Shown here piece by piece: positions 16,981-30,652 of a DNA stretch of 64,000 nucleotides. Position numbers and translations under genes: made by a program. The notes beneath the pieces are model-generated. The model had not been told where the DNA came from and made no database searches. It saw only the letters and a program-made list of their open reading frames with translations. Position 1 is the stretch's first letter. Every line of letters starts with the position of its first letter. The stretch lies in assembly GCA_964016885.1 (NCBI GenBank), contig CAXHJY010000576.1, positions 4,535 through 68,534 of the forward strand. The letters are read 5' to 3'. Source of the DNA: Eledone cirrhosa. Its lineage: Eukaryota.

Positions 16981-17041
<61 letters not shown>

Positions 17042-17197
17042 TAAGAATAATGAGTTCTAAACTCAAGCAATCCTTTACAATGAAATAGCTCAAAGAAATA
17101 GTCATTTACAATACAACAATACAAACACTTATATGTTGGTATTTGTGTTTTATCATATATATTAATTTATATTAACTTGTATATATATATATATATA

Positions 17198-17418
17198 GGA
17201 AAAAGTATGACCCCGACAGCAGAGCTCATGCCGTTTCGGCAGCTATTTCTTGACTAAAATACTAGTCCAGAAATTATAGTCCTGAAATAGCCGTCGAAAC
17301 GGCTTGAGCTCTGACATCGGGGTCATACTTTTTTCCTATTACCTACTCTACTACCCTAAGTATTGAGTACTCTGGTGCGTTATGGTCCATCTGGTTCCTT
17401 ACCACAACTCCTTCGTTA
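17198..17418 (+). mobile_element. Family A fold-back element
   Basis: Inverted repeat 17198-17336 centred in the putative helix II, then the tail ending ...cttcgtta(TA)n. Confidence 0.75.
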
Positions 17419-17469
17419 TATATATATAGGAATGAACTATGGCGTGCTGTGTTGTTGCATTGTTGCAAA

Positions 17470-17610
17470 TGTGATGTACAAATTAAAATGAAGAATTAGA
17501 AATAGGACGATCCATCAAATCCACCCAATTCTTTTTATCCCGAAATACCTATGACGACTAGTAGACCACTGATGATGGATAGTCCTATTTCTAATTCTTC
17601 ATTTTAATTT
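17470..17610. repeat. Inverted repeat (~38-bp arms) in a (TA)n-flanked island
   Basis: aaattaaaatgaagaattagaaataggac(g)atccatca ... tgatggat(a)gtcctatttctaattcttcattttaattt. Confidence 0.65.
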
Positions 17611-17626
17611 ATATATATATATATAT

Positions 17627-18378
<752 letters not shown>

Positions 18379-18411
18379 ATGTGTGTGTGTGTGTGTTATA
18401 TTTTGGGTGGG

Positions 18412-18463
<52 letters not shown>

Positions 18464-18743
18464 TGTTATATTTGGGGAGGGTCATATTGTTATAATATTG
18501 CCATAAATAATAATAAAACACACTCACTGTTTGGTTTGGATTGGTTTTCGCTTCTGTATTTGCTATATCTCCATAGTTAATTTAGCTGGTAATCAATGTT
18601 TATCATTGATGACCAACGGTTAAAAATACAGATATAAATATATATATATAGTCTATCAAAGTTCTTTTGTCACACATCTGTAACATCATCAGTGGTTCTA
18701 TTATGTTTCCTCCCATTGTATTGTAATGTCTACGCCATTTTTA

Positions 18744-18787
<44 letters not shown>

Positions 18788-18811
18788 ATATATATATGTA
18801 TATATATATAC

Positions 18812-18877
<66 letters not shown>

Positions 18878-18878
<1 letters not shown>

Positions 18879-19157
18879 GTTCAAGGAAACGACAAAATAG
18901 AGATACAAAAAAAAGTCTTATTAGTTTCATGCCTTATATGGAAAAGGGGAAAGAGTGTTTGACGTGTCGGGCTTTAGCCCTTCTTCAGGTGCACAAAAAA
19001 TAGAAACAGGGTCACAAAGGATAGATACAGAAAATAGAAGGTAGTCAATAAGACAAGTGAAGCCATTAGGTAGCCTTGGTAACGATTTTAGAACGCAAAG
19101 TGAAATGTATGTTTATTAGTGTTAATATCATGTGTAAGTGTATGTAAATGTTTAAAC

Positions 19158-19158
<1 letters not shown>
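18878..19158 (-). mobile_element. Family E PLE-like 3' end with mutated hammerhead
   Basis: Minus 18958-18994 reads CTGAAGA-a-gggc-taaa-gccc-GAcA-cg-TC. GAAA is changed to GACA and helix I is not evident. Confidence 0.45.
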
Positions 19159-19229
<71 letters not shown>

Positions 19230-19235
19230 TATATA

Positions 19236-19300
19236 CAGGGTGTCCCCAAAAATGTATACATACTTCAGCAGCATTTGTATACATTTTTTGGTACCCCCTG
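19236..19300. mobile_element. Tc1/mariner-type mini-MITE
   Basis: Imperfect TIRs cagggtgtccccaaaaatgtataca / tgtatacattttttggtaccccctg, flanked by TA. Second copy at 25535. Confidence 0.7.
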
Positions 19301-19350
19301 TATATATATATACATAAATATACATAAATATACATACATATACATACATA

Positions 19351-20630
19351 TCATCATCATCATCATCATCATCACCGTTTTACGTCCGTTCTTCCACGCT
19401 AGCATGGGTTAGACGGGTTGTCCTGTTGTGGGCAGTGTCTGGTCGGCTGACCATGCCTTGCTCATACAGGAACTGATCTGGCTTGATTTCTACAGCTGGA
19501 TGCCCTTCCTAACACCAACCTCATTTACAGTGAGTGCTGGGTGCTTTTTCGTGGCGCCTACACGTCCACTTTACAGTGTGGGCTGGGTGCTTTTTTGCCG
19601 TGGCACCTCCACGACCACCTTGCGGTGGGGGGGGGGGGGGGGGCATATTGTTTATATGCTTCAGCATGTACCCATGGGAGGTCGGGTACCCTGTATTACT
19701 GCGTGACGCCAGAAGTCACGGTCGTGTGTCATTGACTTTGAGAGGTGTAGTTGGGTAAGGTCGGCTTTTATCACCTCATCCCAAGTCATCTTGGGTCTCC
19801 CCACTCCGCGGTTTCCATCAACTTCTAGTGCTCTGCACCTTTTTATGCAGCTGTCATCCTTCATACGCATCACATGTCCATACCAGCGTAACCGCCTCTC
19901 CTGCACGCAGCATTTGATTCCTCTTATGCTCAGTCTCTCTCTCAATTCATTTATGCTTTGTCGTTCACGTATATTACTGTTACACATCCATCGGAGCATG
20001 CAGGCTTCGTTTCTCTCTAATCTACGTAAGTCTTCCACCTTCAGCGCCCAGGTCTCACTACCATGCAACATCGCTGTTCGGATACACGCATCATACAGTC
20101 TGCCTTTCATTCTGAGGGAGAAGCCTTTTGCAGCTAGCAGTGGTAGTAGTTCCCTAAACTTCTTCCATCCCGTTCTTACCCTAGTTATTGTACTTTCTGA
20201 GCACCCACCTCCGTTGCTAATTCGGTCACCTAGGTAGCAGAAGCTGTCTACTGTTTCTACAGGGCCCTCCCAGAGATTGGTGGTACTTGTTTCCTGTGGC
20301 TGTTTGCTTGCTGTTTCAGCACAGCTGCTGCATGTGAATCCTACATTCTTAATTAAGCTTCCTGAGATCCCGCTACATCTCTTGTGTACCCATTGTTTGC
20401 ATTTGGGGCAAAGAATGGAGTTCCTACCTACACCTTTCCTACATACTGAGCAAGGCCATTTCCCTGAGGGGATCTGGGTTCTGTTTTCTCGTCTACTTAT
20501 AAGGACCTTAGTCTTTGTCATGTTGACTTTGAGGCCCTTTCTCTCTAGTCCCTGCTTCCAGGTTTGGAATTTATTCTCTAGTTCTACCATAGATTCAGCT
20601 ATGAGTGAGAGGTCATCAGCATACAGGATA
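19351..20630 (-). mobile_element. 5'-truncated RTE-clade LINE
   Basis: RT C-terminal ORF, a 3' UTR of about 300 bp and a (GAT)n tail. Truncated just upstream of YADD. Confidence 0.93.
19661..20630 (-). CDS. Partial RTE reverse transcriptase (YADD onward) with embedded PHD-type zinc finger
   Basis: LYADDL...[12 protein letters not shown]4HC3 finger, [31 protein letters not shown]. About 320 codons without a stop. No start codon because of the truncation. Confidence 0.88.
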
Positions 20631-20642
20631 CAGCATACACAC

Positions 20643-20702
<60 letters not shown>

Positions 20703-20801
20703 GTGTGTGTGTGTAAGTGTCTGTGCGTGTGTGTATAAGTGTGTAAGTGTGTGTAAGTGTGTGTGTGTGTGTGTATGTATGTGTGTGTGGGGGGGTGTAA
20801 G

Positions 20802-20863
<62 letters not shown>

Positions 20864-21332
20864 GGTGTGTGTGTGGGTGTGTGTGTGTAAGTGTGTGTGT
20901 GTGTGTAAGTGTGTGTGTGGGTGTGTAAGTGTCTGAGTGTGTATCTAATTCCGCTGTGAGCGTCCAAGTCTCGCAGGCAATACGATAAGATGGAGAGTTC
21001 TCGAGAGCACGCATGAGATTCGGTGTAGCTACGAGACGTTCTTATCAGATCTTCTTATCTTAAACTGATGTTAACCAGAAAACATGTACAAGACATCCTC
21101 TGATACCTTGCAACGTTGGCCTACTCCTACTACTCCCCCGTCCTCTTTCTTTGCCTTCTTCTTCTTCTTCTTCTTCTTCTTTATTCTTCTTCTTTGCCTT
21201 CTTCTTTTTCTTTTTCTTCTTCTTTGCCTTCTTTTTGTTTTTCTTTTTCTTCGCCTTCTTTTTCTTCTTCTTTGCCTTCTTTTTCTTTGCCTTTTTCGTC
21301 TTCTTTTCCGTCTTCTTCTTTGCCTTCTTCTT

Positions 21333-21858
21333 CTCGGAAGGGATTTGAACTCAGACCGTAAAGGGGCGTCACTCTATGCTGCAAAGCACGGCGTCAGACC
21401 CTCTACCGATACTGCCAATCCACCATAATAATAAATAATAATAATTGTTTCTACTTTTGGCACAAGGCCAGCAAATACCCCAGTGTATTACTGGTTCTTT
21501 ATTTTATCGACCCCCTGTAAGGATGAAAGGCAAAGTTAACCTCGACTGGATTTGAGCTCAGATCATAAAGAGCCGTAACTCTATGCTGCAGAGCATGGCG
21601 TCCGACCCTTTACCGATACGGCCAATCCACCGCCCTAATAATAGTTGTTTCTTATATAGGCACAAGGCCAGCAATTTTGTGTGAGGGGGGTGTTGATTAA
21701 ATCGACCCCAGTACATTACTGGTACTTTATTTTATCGACTCCGTAAGGATGAAAGGCAAAGTTAACATCGGCGGGATTTGAACTCAGACTGTAAAGAGGC
21801 CTAACTCTATGCTGCAAAGCATGGCGTCCGGCCCTCTACCGATACGGCCAATCCACCA
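21333..21858 (-). mobile_element. Three tandem family 1 SINEs (21333-21425 partial, 21443-21636, 21645-21858)
   Basis: Reverse complement of the SINE consensus, arranged head to tail. Confidence 0.85.
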
Positions 21859-21863
21859 TATAA

Positions 21864-22035
21864 ACCAAAGGTTCCCAAAGTGGGTTCCACAAAGAAGTGT
21901 CTAAGGTTCCCTGAAAAAAAGGGTACAGGAGTATAGATATATATATTACGACCCTACAATAGTATTAGACTTTGGGGTTCCATTAAAAGTTTCTGAACCA
22001 AAAAGGGTTCCATGTTTGAAAAAGTTGAATCCCCG
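21864..22035. mobile_element. Possible hAT (Charlie-like) MITE remnant
   Basis: Starts ca(aa)ggttcccaaagtggg, has internal ggttcc repeats and ends aaaaagttgaatcccc. Confidence 0.35.
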
Positions 22036-22074
22036 AGTATTTGTGTTCGGATAAATGGTGGGAAATCGAAACCA

Positions 22075-22212
22075 TTATCCCGGGATTAATCGGGGGTAAC
22101 CACAGTAAGTAAGGTACTCAATACATAGCAGAGTATAAATATTTAATATAGGGCTTCCTGATGATTTCTCCCGAATGAAACAATTCTACTCCTGTAGAAG
22201 CCATTTCTATAT
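22075..22212. mobile_element. Family B element: inverted tail plus hammerhead
   Basis: Tail on minus (22075-22150) joined to a plus-strand ribozyme. Confidence 0.75.
22152..22202 (+). ncRNA. Type I hammerhead ribozyme (family B)
   Basis: ggcttc-CTGATGA-t-ttc-tccc-gaa-t-GAAA-ca..tg-TA-gaagcc. Helix I ggcttc/gaagcc covaries with agattc/gaatct in other copies. Confidence 0.8.
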
Positions 22213-22238
22213 TAAGTATATCAAGTGTATATATATAA

Positions 22239-22294
<56 letters not shown>

Positions 22295-22367
22295 GATGTC
22301 TTCCAAAAGTAACGGTTGCATTTTGAAAGGGTACGTCAATGTTTATTTATAAAACTGGTATATATTG

Positions 22368-22432
22368 TATTTTGTCTGATGAAGGCATACCATAATTTAA
22401 CATGGCATCCTTGAAATATGTATAATGAAATA
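22368..22432 (+). ncRNA. Minimal hammerhead ribozyme (family C, element ~22295-22472)
   Basis: tattttgt-CTGATGA-helix II-GAAA-tatgta-TA-atgaaata. Confidence 0.78.
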
Positions 22433-22471
22433 AATATGGTTTTATAAATATAGTTTCCATTTGTTAATATC

Positions 22472-22532
<61 letters not shown>

Positions 22533-22538
<6 letters not shown>

Positions 22539-22677
22539 GGTAAAGAAACCAAATAAATATATATTATTAAAAAAAAAGACTTCAGTTGCATTTTCGATTT
22601 CATATTTTTTCCTTATACTTTCACTCATGTAGTCTTTTTTTTTTAATAATATATATTTATTTGGTTTCTTTACCGGT

Positions 22678-22680
<3 letters not shown>
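22533..22680. repeat. Inverted repeat (~48-bp arms) embedded in (TA)n
   Basis: aaaccggtaaagaaaccaaataaatatatattattaaaa..gact / agtc..ttttaataatatatatttatttggtttctttaccggttt. Confidence 0.8.
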
Positions 22681-22742
<62 letters not shown>

Positions 22743-22772
22743 ATATATAATTACGACCCATACTAATCTTTG

Positions 22773-22868
<96 letters not shown>

Positions 22869-23028
22869 GAGTGGTGTAATCATGCAAATATAGGAATCCC
22901 AAAGTCAGTAATTAACTGTAACTACAGTCAATTGCTATAAATAATACCTTGGAAAATCGGGCAAAATACCCCTATGGTCGGAAAAAAATATTGAGTTCCT
23001 GAACTTCTTCTTCGTCTTCTTCTTCTTC

Positions 23029-23410
23029 TAGCGACTCTACCTGGAGAGATTCTCTGATCTCTGAGCTACAAATCTGTCCAGCGATTCATTCCTGAGACAT
23101 TCTAACCACATGTCCATAGTATCGGAGCTGTGATCTCTCAATTTGGAGAAGTAGCTGCTCTACCTGGAGTGACTCTCTGGAGTTACGCACTTTATCGAGT
23201 AAAGTTACCCCAAAAATCCTTCGGAGGAACCCCATTTCGGCCGCTTATATTCGCGATCGTATTCTTTCGGTCATTACCCAAGATTGATGACCGTAAGTAA
23301 GGGTTGGCACGAAAAGTGAATTGAAGATAAAGAGTTTGGATTTTACACCTACCTCCCTTCTTCTGATTACTGAACACTGAAGCTGGCGCATTACTACACC
23401 AGCTTTTGTT
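23029..23410 (-). pseudogene. Degenerate RTE (Rex3/Expander-like) RT C-terminal fragment
   Basis: KSKLFIFNSLFVPTLTYGHQSWVMTERIRSRI*AAEMGFLRRIFGVTLLDKVRNSRESLQVEQLLLQIERSQLRYYGHVVRMSQE*. Confidence 0.85.
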
Positions 23411-23454
23411 TCTGAACTGAACAAATCAAAACCCTGCAATCATTGATTAGTTAA

Positions 23455-23669
23455 CCCTTTAATGTTCAAACCGCCCAAAACCGGCCGGAATTCTCTACCT
23501 CTTTCTGTTGAAACTGGCTGTAACTGGTCACTCAAACTGTTGTTAAGGTATTGTTCTCAAAATAAATACTTTCAAAATCTCATAGATTCGATATTATGTG
23601 AAAATCTCATAGATTCGATATTATGTGAAAATATAATAGTATATATAGAGTAATGTAAATGCCAAAGGG
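23455..23669. mobile_element. piggyBac-like MITE
   Basis: TTAA-cccttt ... aaaggg-TTAA ends (TTAA at 23451 and 23670). Contains an internal 27-bp tandem duplication. Confidence 0.65.
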
Positions 23670-23998
23670 TTAAACCTAACCGTATCCCGCTCAAGAAACC
23701 AATGGGTTTGTAAATAGAAACGAAATGAAGTTACAGGCTCTGCAATTGCAAAAAAAAAACAAAAAAAAAACAGAGCTCAAACAAAGACGTAAATGTGAAT
23801 TGAGGCTAAAACTAAGCAACGTGATACAACTGAGTGTGAACAGAATAACAGAATAACAGAAAAAAATAACAGATTGAAGCAAATATATATGACATGAGAC
23901 AGTAAACCATACTTTAGAAAGTACATTGCCTAACTTACAATCGCAGACAGAGAAATATATTAAATTATCATTACACCCTAACACCAACTGAATCAGTA

Positions 23999-24067
<69 letters not shown>

Positions 24068-24078
<11 letters not shown>

Positions 24079-24324
24079 ACTCTTTGCTTATATATATATA
24101 TATATAAATATATATATATTTATAACTCTTTGCTTATATATAAAAATATATATATAAATATATATATATTTATAACTCTTTGCTTATATATATATATATA
24201 TATAAATATATATATATTTATAACTCTTTGCTTATATATAAAAATATATATATAAATATATATATATTTATAACTCTTTGCTTAAATATATATATATAAA
24301 TATATATATATTTATAACTCTTTG

Positions 24325-24330
<6 letters not shown>
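24068..24330. repeat. Minisatellite tttataactctttgctta + (TA)n, 6 copies
   Basis: Direct inspection. Confidence 0.85.
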
Positions 24331-24367
<37 letters not shown>

Positions 24368-24372
<5 letters not shown>

Positions 24373-24432
24373 GAAAGTGAACAACACAAAATATAAGTAC
24401 TTCAGTTATATTTTGTTGTTTACTTTCTAATT
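24368..24432. repeat. Imperfect fold-back (~30-bp arms)
   Basis: aattagaaagtgaacaacacaaaatataa ... ttatattttgttgtttactttctaatt. Confidence 0.6.
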
Positions 24433-24495
24433 AAATAGTTCTGTTCTATACATAGAGCACTCTTTTTTCCTTTGCTTTTCCTTTGGAATTACGTA

Positions 24496-24533
<38 letters not shown>

Positions 24534-24645
24534 TCATACATTTTTTAAATATAGATAGATATATATATATATGTATATTAATGTATTGTTTATAAATTTA
24601 TATATTATAAAATATATTTCTTATATTATTCTTCATATGTATGTA

Positions 24646-24685
<40 letters not shown>

Positions 24686-24702
24686 TATATACAATAAATA
24701 AT

Positions 24703-24782
<80 letters not shown>

Positions 24783-24994
24783 TATCTTGGGGCTTTCAAC
24801 ATTTCAATTCCGAAGTAAGCCGCTCTGATGACGTAAGATGACGTCACACACCGTCAAATATTCGGCTCTTTTGATGTCAGTGTCTCCTTTTAAAACATCA
24901 GTCTTAGAGCTCTTTGGCTAAGGTGAACTTATATTATTTCACAAGAGAGAGAAAGCGATGGGGGAGCGGCTAGAGAGCGAGAGAGAGAGAGAAC

Positions 24995-25043
<49 letters not shown>

Positions 25044-25249
25044 CACACTTTGCTAATGCACTCGTTGAACTTTACTTTTCGTCATCGGCTGCGGTTAGTG
25101 TAGGAGAATAGCTTTGTTGTGTCTGTGTGTCCGGCGTCTGATGATAATGTGGAGAACAACGAAATATACATACATACAACATATATCTATATATACATAC
25201 ATATATCTATAATATATATATATATATATATACACATACACAAACATAT

Positions 25250-25302
<53 letters not shown>

Positions 25303-25503
25303 CACACACATACACAAACATATACATATATATATATACACACATACATAAACATATACATATATATATATATATACACATACACAATCATATACATATA
25401 TATATATACACACACATACACAAACATATACATATATATATATACACACACATACACACACATATATATATATATACTCACACACACATATATACACATA
25501 CAA

Positions 25504-25534
<31 letters not shown>

Positions 25535-25538
<4 letters not shown>

Positions 25539-25610
25539 GTGTCCCACAAAACTGTATATACACTTTGATTAGAATACTCTTGAAGTGTGTATACATTTTT
25601 GGGGACACCA
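25535..25610. mobile_element. Tc1/mariner-type mini-MITE
   Basis: Same TIR family as 19236-19300. Confidence 0.6.
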
Positions 25611-25672
25611 TTTATATATATATATATATATATATATTTGTGTATGTATATGTATATGTGTATGTGTGTATG

Positions 25673-25705
<33 letters not shown>

Positions 25706-25965
25706 CTATATATGTGTGTGTATATATATATGTGTGTGTGTGTGTATGTATATATATGTCTGTGTGTGTGTGTGTCTATATATGTGTGTGTGTATATATA
25801 TATGTGTGTGTGTGTGTCAGTATGTGTGTGTGTGTGCGCGCCAATGTGACGGTGTCTGTGTTAATGTGTGTCACATGGGGTTCTCTGTATATATGTATGT
25901 GTGTTAGGTTGTGTGTATGTGTACTATTGTGCGTCTCTGTCTGTATGTCTGTATGCCTGCCTGCC

Positions 25966-26004
<39 letters not shown>

Positions 26005-26740
26005 ATGTCTGTTTGTCTGTCTGTCTGTGTCGGCCTCTGAACGTAACTGTGTAACTAGGTGTGTAAGTATTTGTGTCTGTGTGTCTGTGTGTCAGTGTGT
26101 CTCTCTGTGTGTGTGTGCGTGTGTGTGTCTGTGTGTGTGTGTCTGCGTGTGTCTGTGTGTGTGTCTATGTCTGTATGCGTGTGTGTGTGTGTGTGTCTGT
26201 ATGTGTCTATGTGTGTGTGTGTGTGTGTCTGTGTCTGTGTATGTGTGTGACTGTGTGTGTGTATGTGTGTGTGAATGTGTGCGTGGCTGTATATCTGTGT
26301 GTGTATGTGTGTGTATATGTGTGTGACTGTGTCTCTGTGTGTATATGTGTGTGTGCATGTGTGTATGTCTGTGTGTGTATGTGTGTGTGTATGTATGTGT
26401 GACTGCGTCTGTGTGTGTATATGTGTGTGTATGTTTCTGTCTCTGTGTGAATATGTGTGTGTGCCTGTGTGTGTGTATGTGTGTGTGTGTGTATATGTGT
26501 GTGTGTATGTGTGCTGGTGTGATTACAACTAAATGTAGTTGCATATAAAAGTGACTAAGTGCACGTGTGAGTGTCTGTCTGTATGTATGCATGTATGTAT
26601 GAATATATATATGTATGCATGTATGTATGTATATATGTATTTATACATGTATGTATGCATGTATGTATGTATACATGTATGTATGTCATTGTATATATCT
26701 CTCTATATATATGTGTGTGAACTATATATATATATATATA

Positions 26741-26907
26741 TAACGAAGGAAATGTGGTAAGGAACCAGGTGGACCATAACGCACCAAAGTACTCAATACT
26801 TAGGGTAGTAGAGTGGGTAATAGGAACCAGTAAGACCCCGACGGCTGAGCTCAAGCCGTTTCGACGGCTAATTCTAGAATTATAGAATTATAGAATTCTA
26901 GAATTCC
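26741..26907 (-). mobile_element. Family A element
   Basis: Full tail plus GAAA-CGGC..GCCG-TC. The 5' end is replaced by iterated (tagaatt) mini-palindromes. Confidence 0.75.
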
Positions 26908-26924
26908 TATATATATATATATAT

Positions 26925-27762
26925 ATCAGGAAAGAAGATTGACATGGTTTGCTATACAAAAAAGGTTTTTAATCTCAGTGCTGACAATTGTTTCTCTGAA
27001 CTGGTAGGTCTAGAGATCGCTATTCGCTTGTTTTCACGTTACTCGATCGCCAATACAAAATTATAACCAGTCAGTTCTTCGGAGCATGCGAGAATGAAGA
27101 GGATATACAGGCATGAAAGGAATATACAGGCTACTATATGAAGTAGTAATGGCATTCAGTTAGAACAATAACAACAATTACAACAATGCTAGTAATAAAT
27201 TATTTGAAGAAGATGAAAAGAAAGACTGTATTCTCATCTAATGTAGACCACACAAATTCTATTCAATGATAAATACTTCGTCGGTCAGATAAATACTGAA
27301 CATTACGGCCACCTGACCTACATTGTTGATAAACACCGGCTTATCTTTAAAATTGATATAATACACCCTACGACACTCCTTACATGTCAACCTTATACTT
27401 CTGCTTCATGTCAGCTAGTTTTACACGCCGAAATCTTAGATACACTATACCCTCCACCTAATGTAATGTCAGGGTATCCTCAAATAATTTATTACTAGCA
27501 TTGTTGTAATTGTTGTTATTGTTCTAACTGAATGCCATTACTACTTCATATAGTAGCCTGTATATTCCTTTCATGCCTGTATATCCTCTTCATTCTCGCA
27601 TGCTCCGAAGAACTGACTGGTTATAATTTTGTATTGGCGATCGAGTAACGTGAAAACAAGCGAATAGCGATCTCTAGACCTACCAGTTCAGAGAAACAAT
27701 TGTCAGCAATGAGATTAAAAACCTTTTTTGTATAGCAAACCATGTCAATCTTCTTTCCTGAT
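26925..27762. repeat. Large inverted repeat (~283-bp arms, ~270-bp spacer)
   Basis: 26925-27207 is the near-perfect reverse complement of 27480-27762. Confidence 0.92.
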
Positions 27763-28044
27763 TTATTATTACGCCAAGTGTTTACAACATAGGAATTACA
27801 GCATACTCGCAACATCACTATGAAAACGCCTTGTTGAGTCAAACCAAGCCAAGCGTTGATATCATCCACTACCCGGAATACCATAACTGGACTACACCTA
27901 AGTGGACTGCATATAACTATTATTTGTTACCCCGTATATATATATATATATATATTAGAAGAAACGAGGAAGTTTCGTTTACATATGAAAAATATTTATT
28001 GCGTTACGCGCGTTTCGCAAAGGATTGACTCACCGTACTACCCA

Positions 28045-28162
<118 letters not shown>

Positions 28163-28775
28163 GCTATGCGGGCTTTTAAAAAAACTAAGTCTTTAGAATA
28201 TAAATTCTAAATAGGGGTAAACAGAACAAAGACAATGACAAAACCAATAGAAAACCTCACAGTCCCATCTCTTCAGCCAGCCTCTTGAAAAAACTACAGT
28301 TTCGGATTTTTAAGGTTGATACTAATCATTCCAGTGCACATTGTGACGTAACAAGACATGTAGAGACAAAGACAGGACAAGTTATGCCTTTAGGTGATTT
28401 ACACAATTAAAGTCGTAAAATACCCCAAGTATGTCAACTGACAAAGAAGGGGGAGAAAGGTGTGTGAGGGTTTAACCAAAGGAGAAATATATGGACTGTA
28501 GTCAAAAGAGAATGGCACTGAGGCGTAGACAAGTTTAAAAGGGAGAATAGAGTTAGACAGACTGGCGTGAATTTTATGATTTTATGTTTAAAAAGAAAAA
28601 AATCCCGCATGGTTAAATCTGCTGAATGAGATAATTAAGATGTTATTTAATACAGACTAGGAAAGCTATTATTAAACTTAAGTAATCCATACTTTAATGA
28701 AAGTAGAATGTAATTATTATTTCAAAACATCAAAATCCAACGGTCAAGTTTAAACAACTTCAATGGTAATAGAAT

Positions 28776-28993
28776 GGTTTCTTATATAGACACAAGGCCA
28801 GAAATTTTGGGGGAGGGGAAAGTCGATTAAATCGACCCCAGTGCGTTACTGGTACTTTATTTTATCGACCTCGTAAGGATGAAAGGCAAAGTTAACCTCG
28901 GTGGGGATTTGAACTCAGATCATAAAGGGCCGTAACTCTATGCTGCAAAGCGTGGCGTCCGACCCTCTACCGATACTGCCAATCCAGCACCCT
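28776..28993 (-). mobile_element. Family 1 SINE with 18-bp target-site duplication
   Basis: Flanked by cttcaatgg(t/c)aatagaat at 28758-28775 and 28994-29011. Confidence 0.9.
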
Positions 28994-29204
28994 CTTCAAT
29001 GGCAATAGAATAAAAAAAAATGTTAGGAATATAAAAATTCTCAATCCTACCTTTCATTCTGTAAGACGTAGGGAAGACGTTGGGAAGCTGGAGAAAGAAA
29101 GAAAAGAAAACAAAAGATAATACACCTTGAATTAGATAAAAGAAAATAGAACAAACTATTTAATATATGTAAAAATATAGTAGCGTTCTGCATGATATAT
29201 GATA

Positions 29205-29612
29205 TCTTCTTTGGGGCTAAGGTGGGGTGGGAGGAGAAAGTCGATTAAATCGATCTCAGTACTCGACTGATCCATCAGGAAGGCAGAAAATATAAAGTTG
29301 TTGACCTCGGCAAGATTCGAACTCTGAAGGTAAAGCCTCCAAAATTTATACTGCTAGGCATGTTGTCTGGAGTTATAGCAGGTCGGCCATTTCACCCCCA
29401 TTTAATATTAATAATAATTGTTTCTGCTTTTGGTACAAGGCAAGCAATTACCCCGGTACATTACTGGTACTTTATTTTATTTAACCCGTAAAGGATGAAA
29501 GGTAAAGTTAAGCTCGGCGGGATTTGAACTAGGAACGTAAAAGGAGGTAACTCTGTGCCAAAAATAGTATTTGTTCGACGGATGCTCTACCGATACTGAC
29601 AATCCACCACCT
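29205..29612 (-). mobile_element. Two family 1 SINEs (29205-29400 diverged, 29415-29612)
   Basis: Similarity to the SINE consensus. Confidence 0.75.
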
Positions 29613-29614
29613 CT

Positions 29615-29615
<1 letters not shown>

Positions 29616-29645
<30 letters not shown>

Positions 29646-30006
29646 AAGAAGAAGAAGAAGAAGAAGAAGAAGAGAAAGAAGAAGAAGAAGAAGAAGAAGA
29701 AGAAGAAGAAGAAGAAAAAGAAAAAGAAGAAGAAGAAGAAGAAGAAGAAAAAGAAGAAGAAGAAGACAAAGAAGAAGAAGAAGAAGAAGAAGAAGAAGAA
29801 GAAGAAGAAGAAGAAGAAGAAGACAAAGAAGAAGAAGAAGAAGAAGAAGAAGAAGAAGAAGAAGAAGAAGAAGAAGAAGAAGAAGGAGAAGGCAAAGAAG
29901 AAGAAGAAGGAGAAAGCAAAGAAGAAGAAGAAAAAGAAGGCAAAGAAGAAGAAGAAGAAGAAGAAGAAGAAGAAGAAGAAGAAGAAGAAGAAGAAAAAGA
30001 AGAAGA
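29616..30006. repeat. (AAG)n triplet repeat
   Basis: About 390 bp of near-pure AAG. Confidence 0.95.
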
Positions 30007-30223
30007 ACAACAACAACAATAACAACATAACTATTTCCACGTGATCAAAGGTGCCATTTTAAATAGAAGGAATTGTCCACTGTACATTGGTTCCCAAATG
30101 TTGTGACCAATCAACTTGAATCATTTAATTGTATATATATATATATATATATATATACACGTGTGTGTTTGTGTGTGTGTACATATATATATGTATATAT
30201 ATATGTATATATATATGTATAGT

Positions 30224-30310
<87 letters not shown>

Positions 30311-30420
30311 ATATATATATGCATGTATATATATGTGTGTGTGTGCTTGTATATATATATGCATGTATATATATGTGTGTGTGTGTTTGTATATATATAT
30401 GCATGTATATATATATATGC

Positions 30421-30455
<35 letters not shown>

Positions 30456-30487
30456 AGTATATATACATATATATATGTATGTGTATG

Positions 30488-30534
<47 letters not shown>

Positions 30535-30601
30535 CACACATACACAAAAAACACACACAAAACATACATATATATCTATGTTTATATATACATATATGTT
30601 G

Positions 30602-30652
<51 letters not shown>

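Noticed and set aside
20611-20620. CTGATGA on the minus strand
   Set aside because: Coincidental: these are the codons of the RT YADD motif.
25135-25172. CTGATGA...GAAA hammerhead-like spacing
   Set aside because: No helix I or convincing helix II. The CTGANGA hits at 1250, 17569, 24825, 40572 and ~46876(-) were rejected likewise, for lacking helices or a suitable GAAA.
29477-30044. Poly-Lys / poly-Phe ORFs
   Set aside because: (AAG)n microsatellite.
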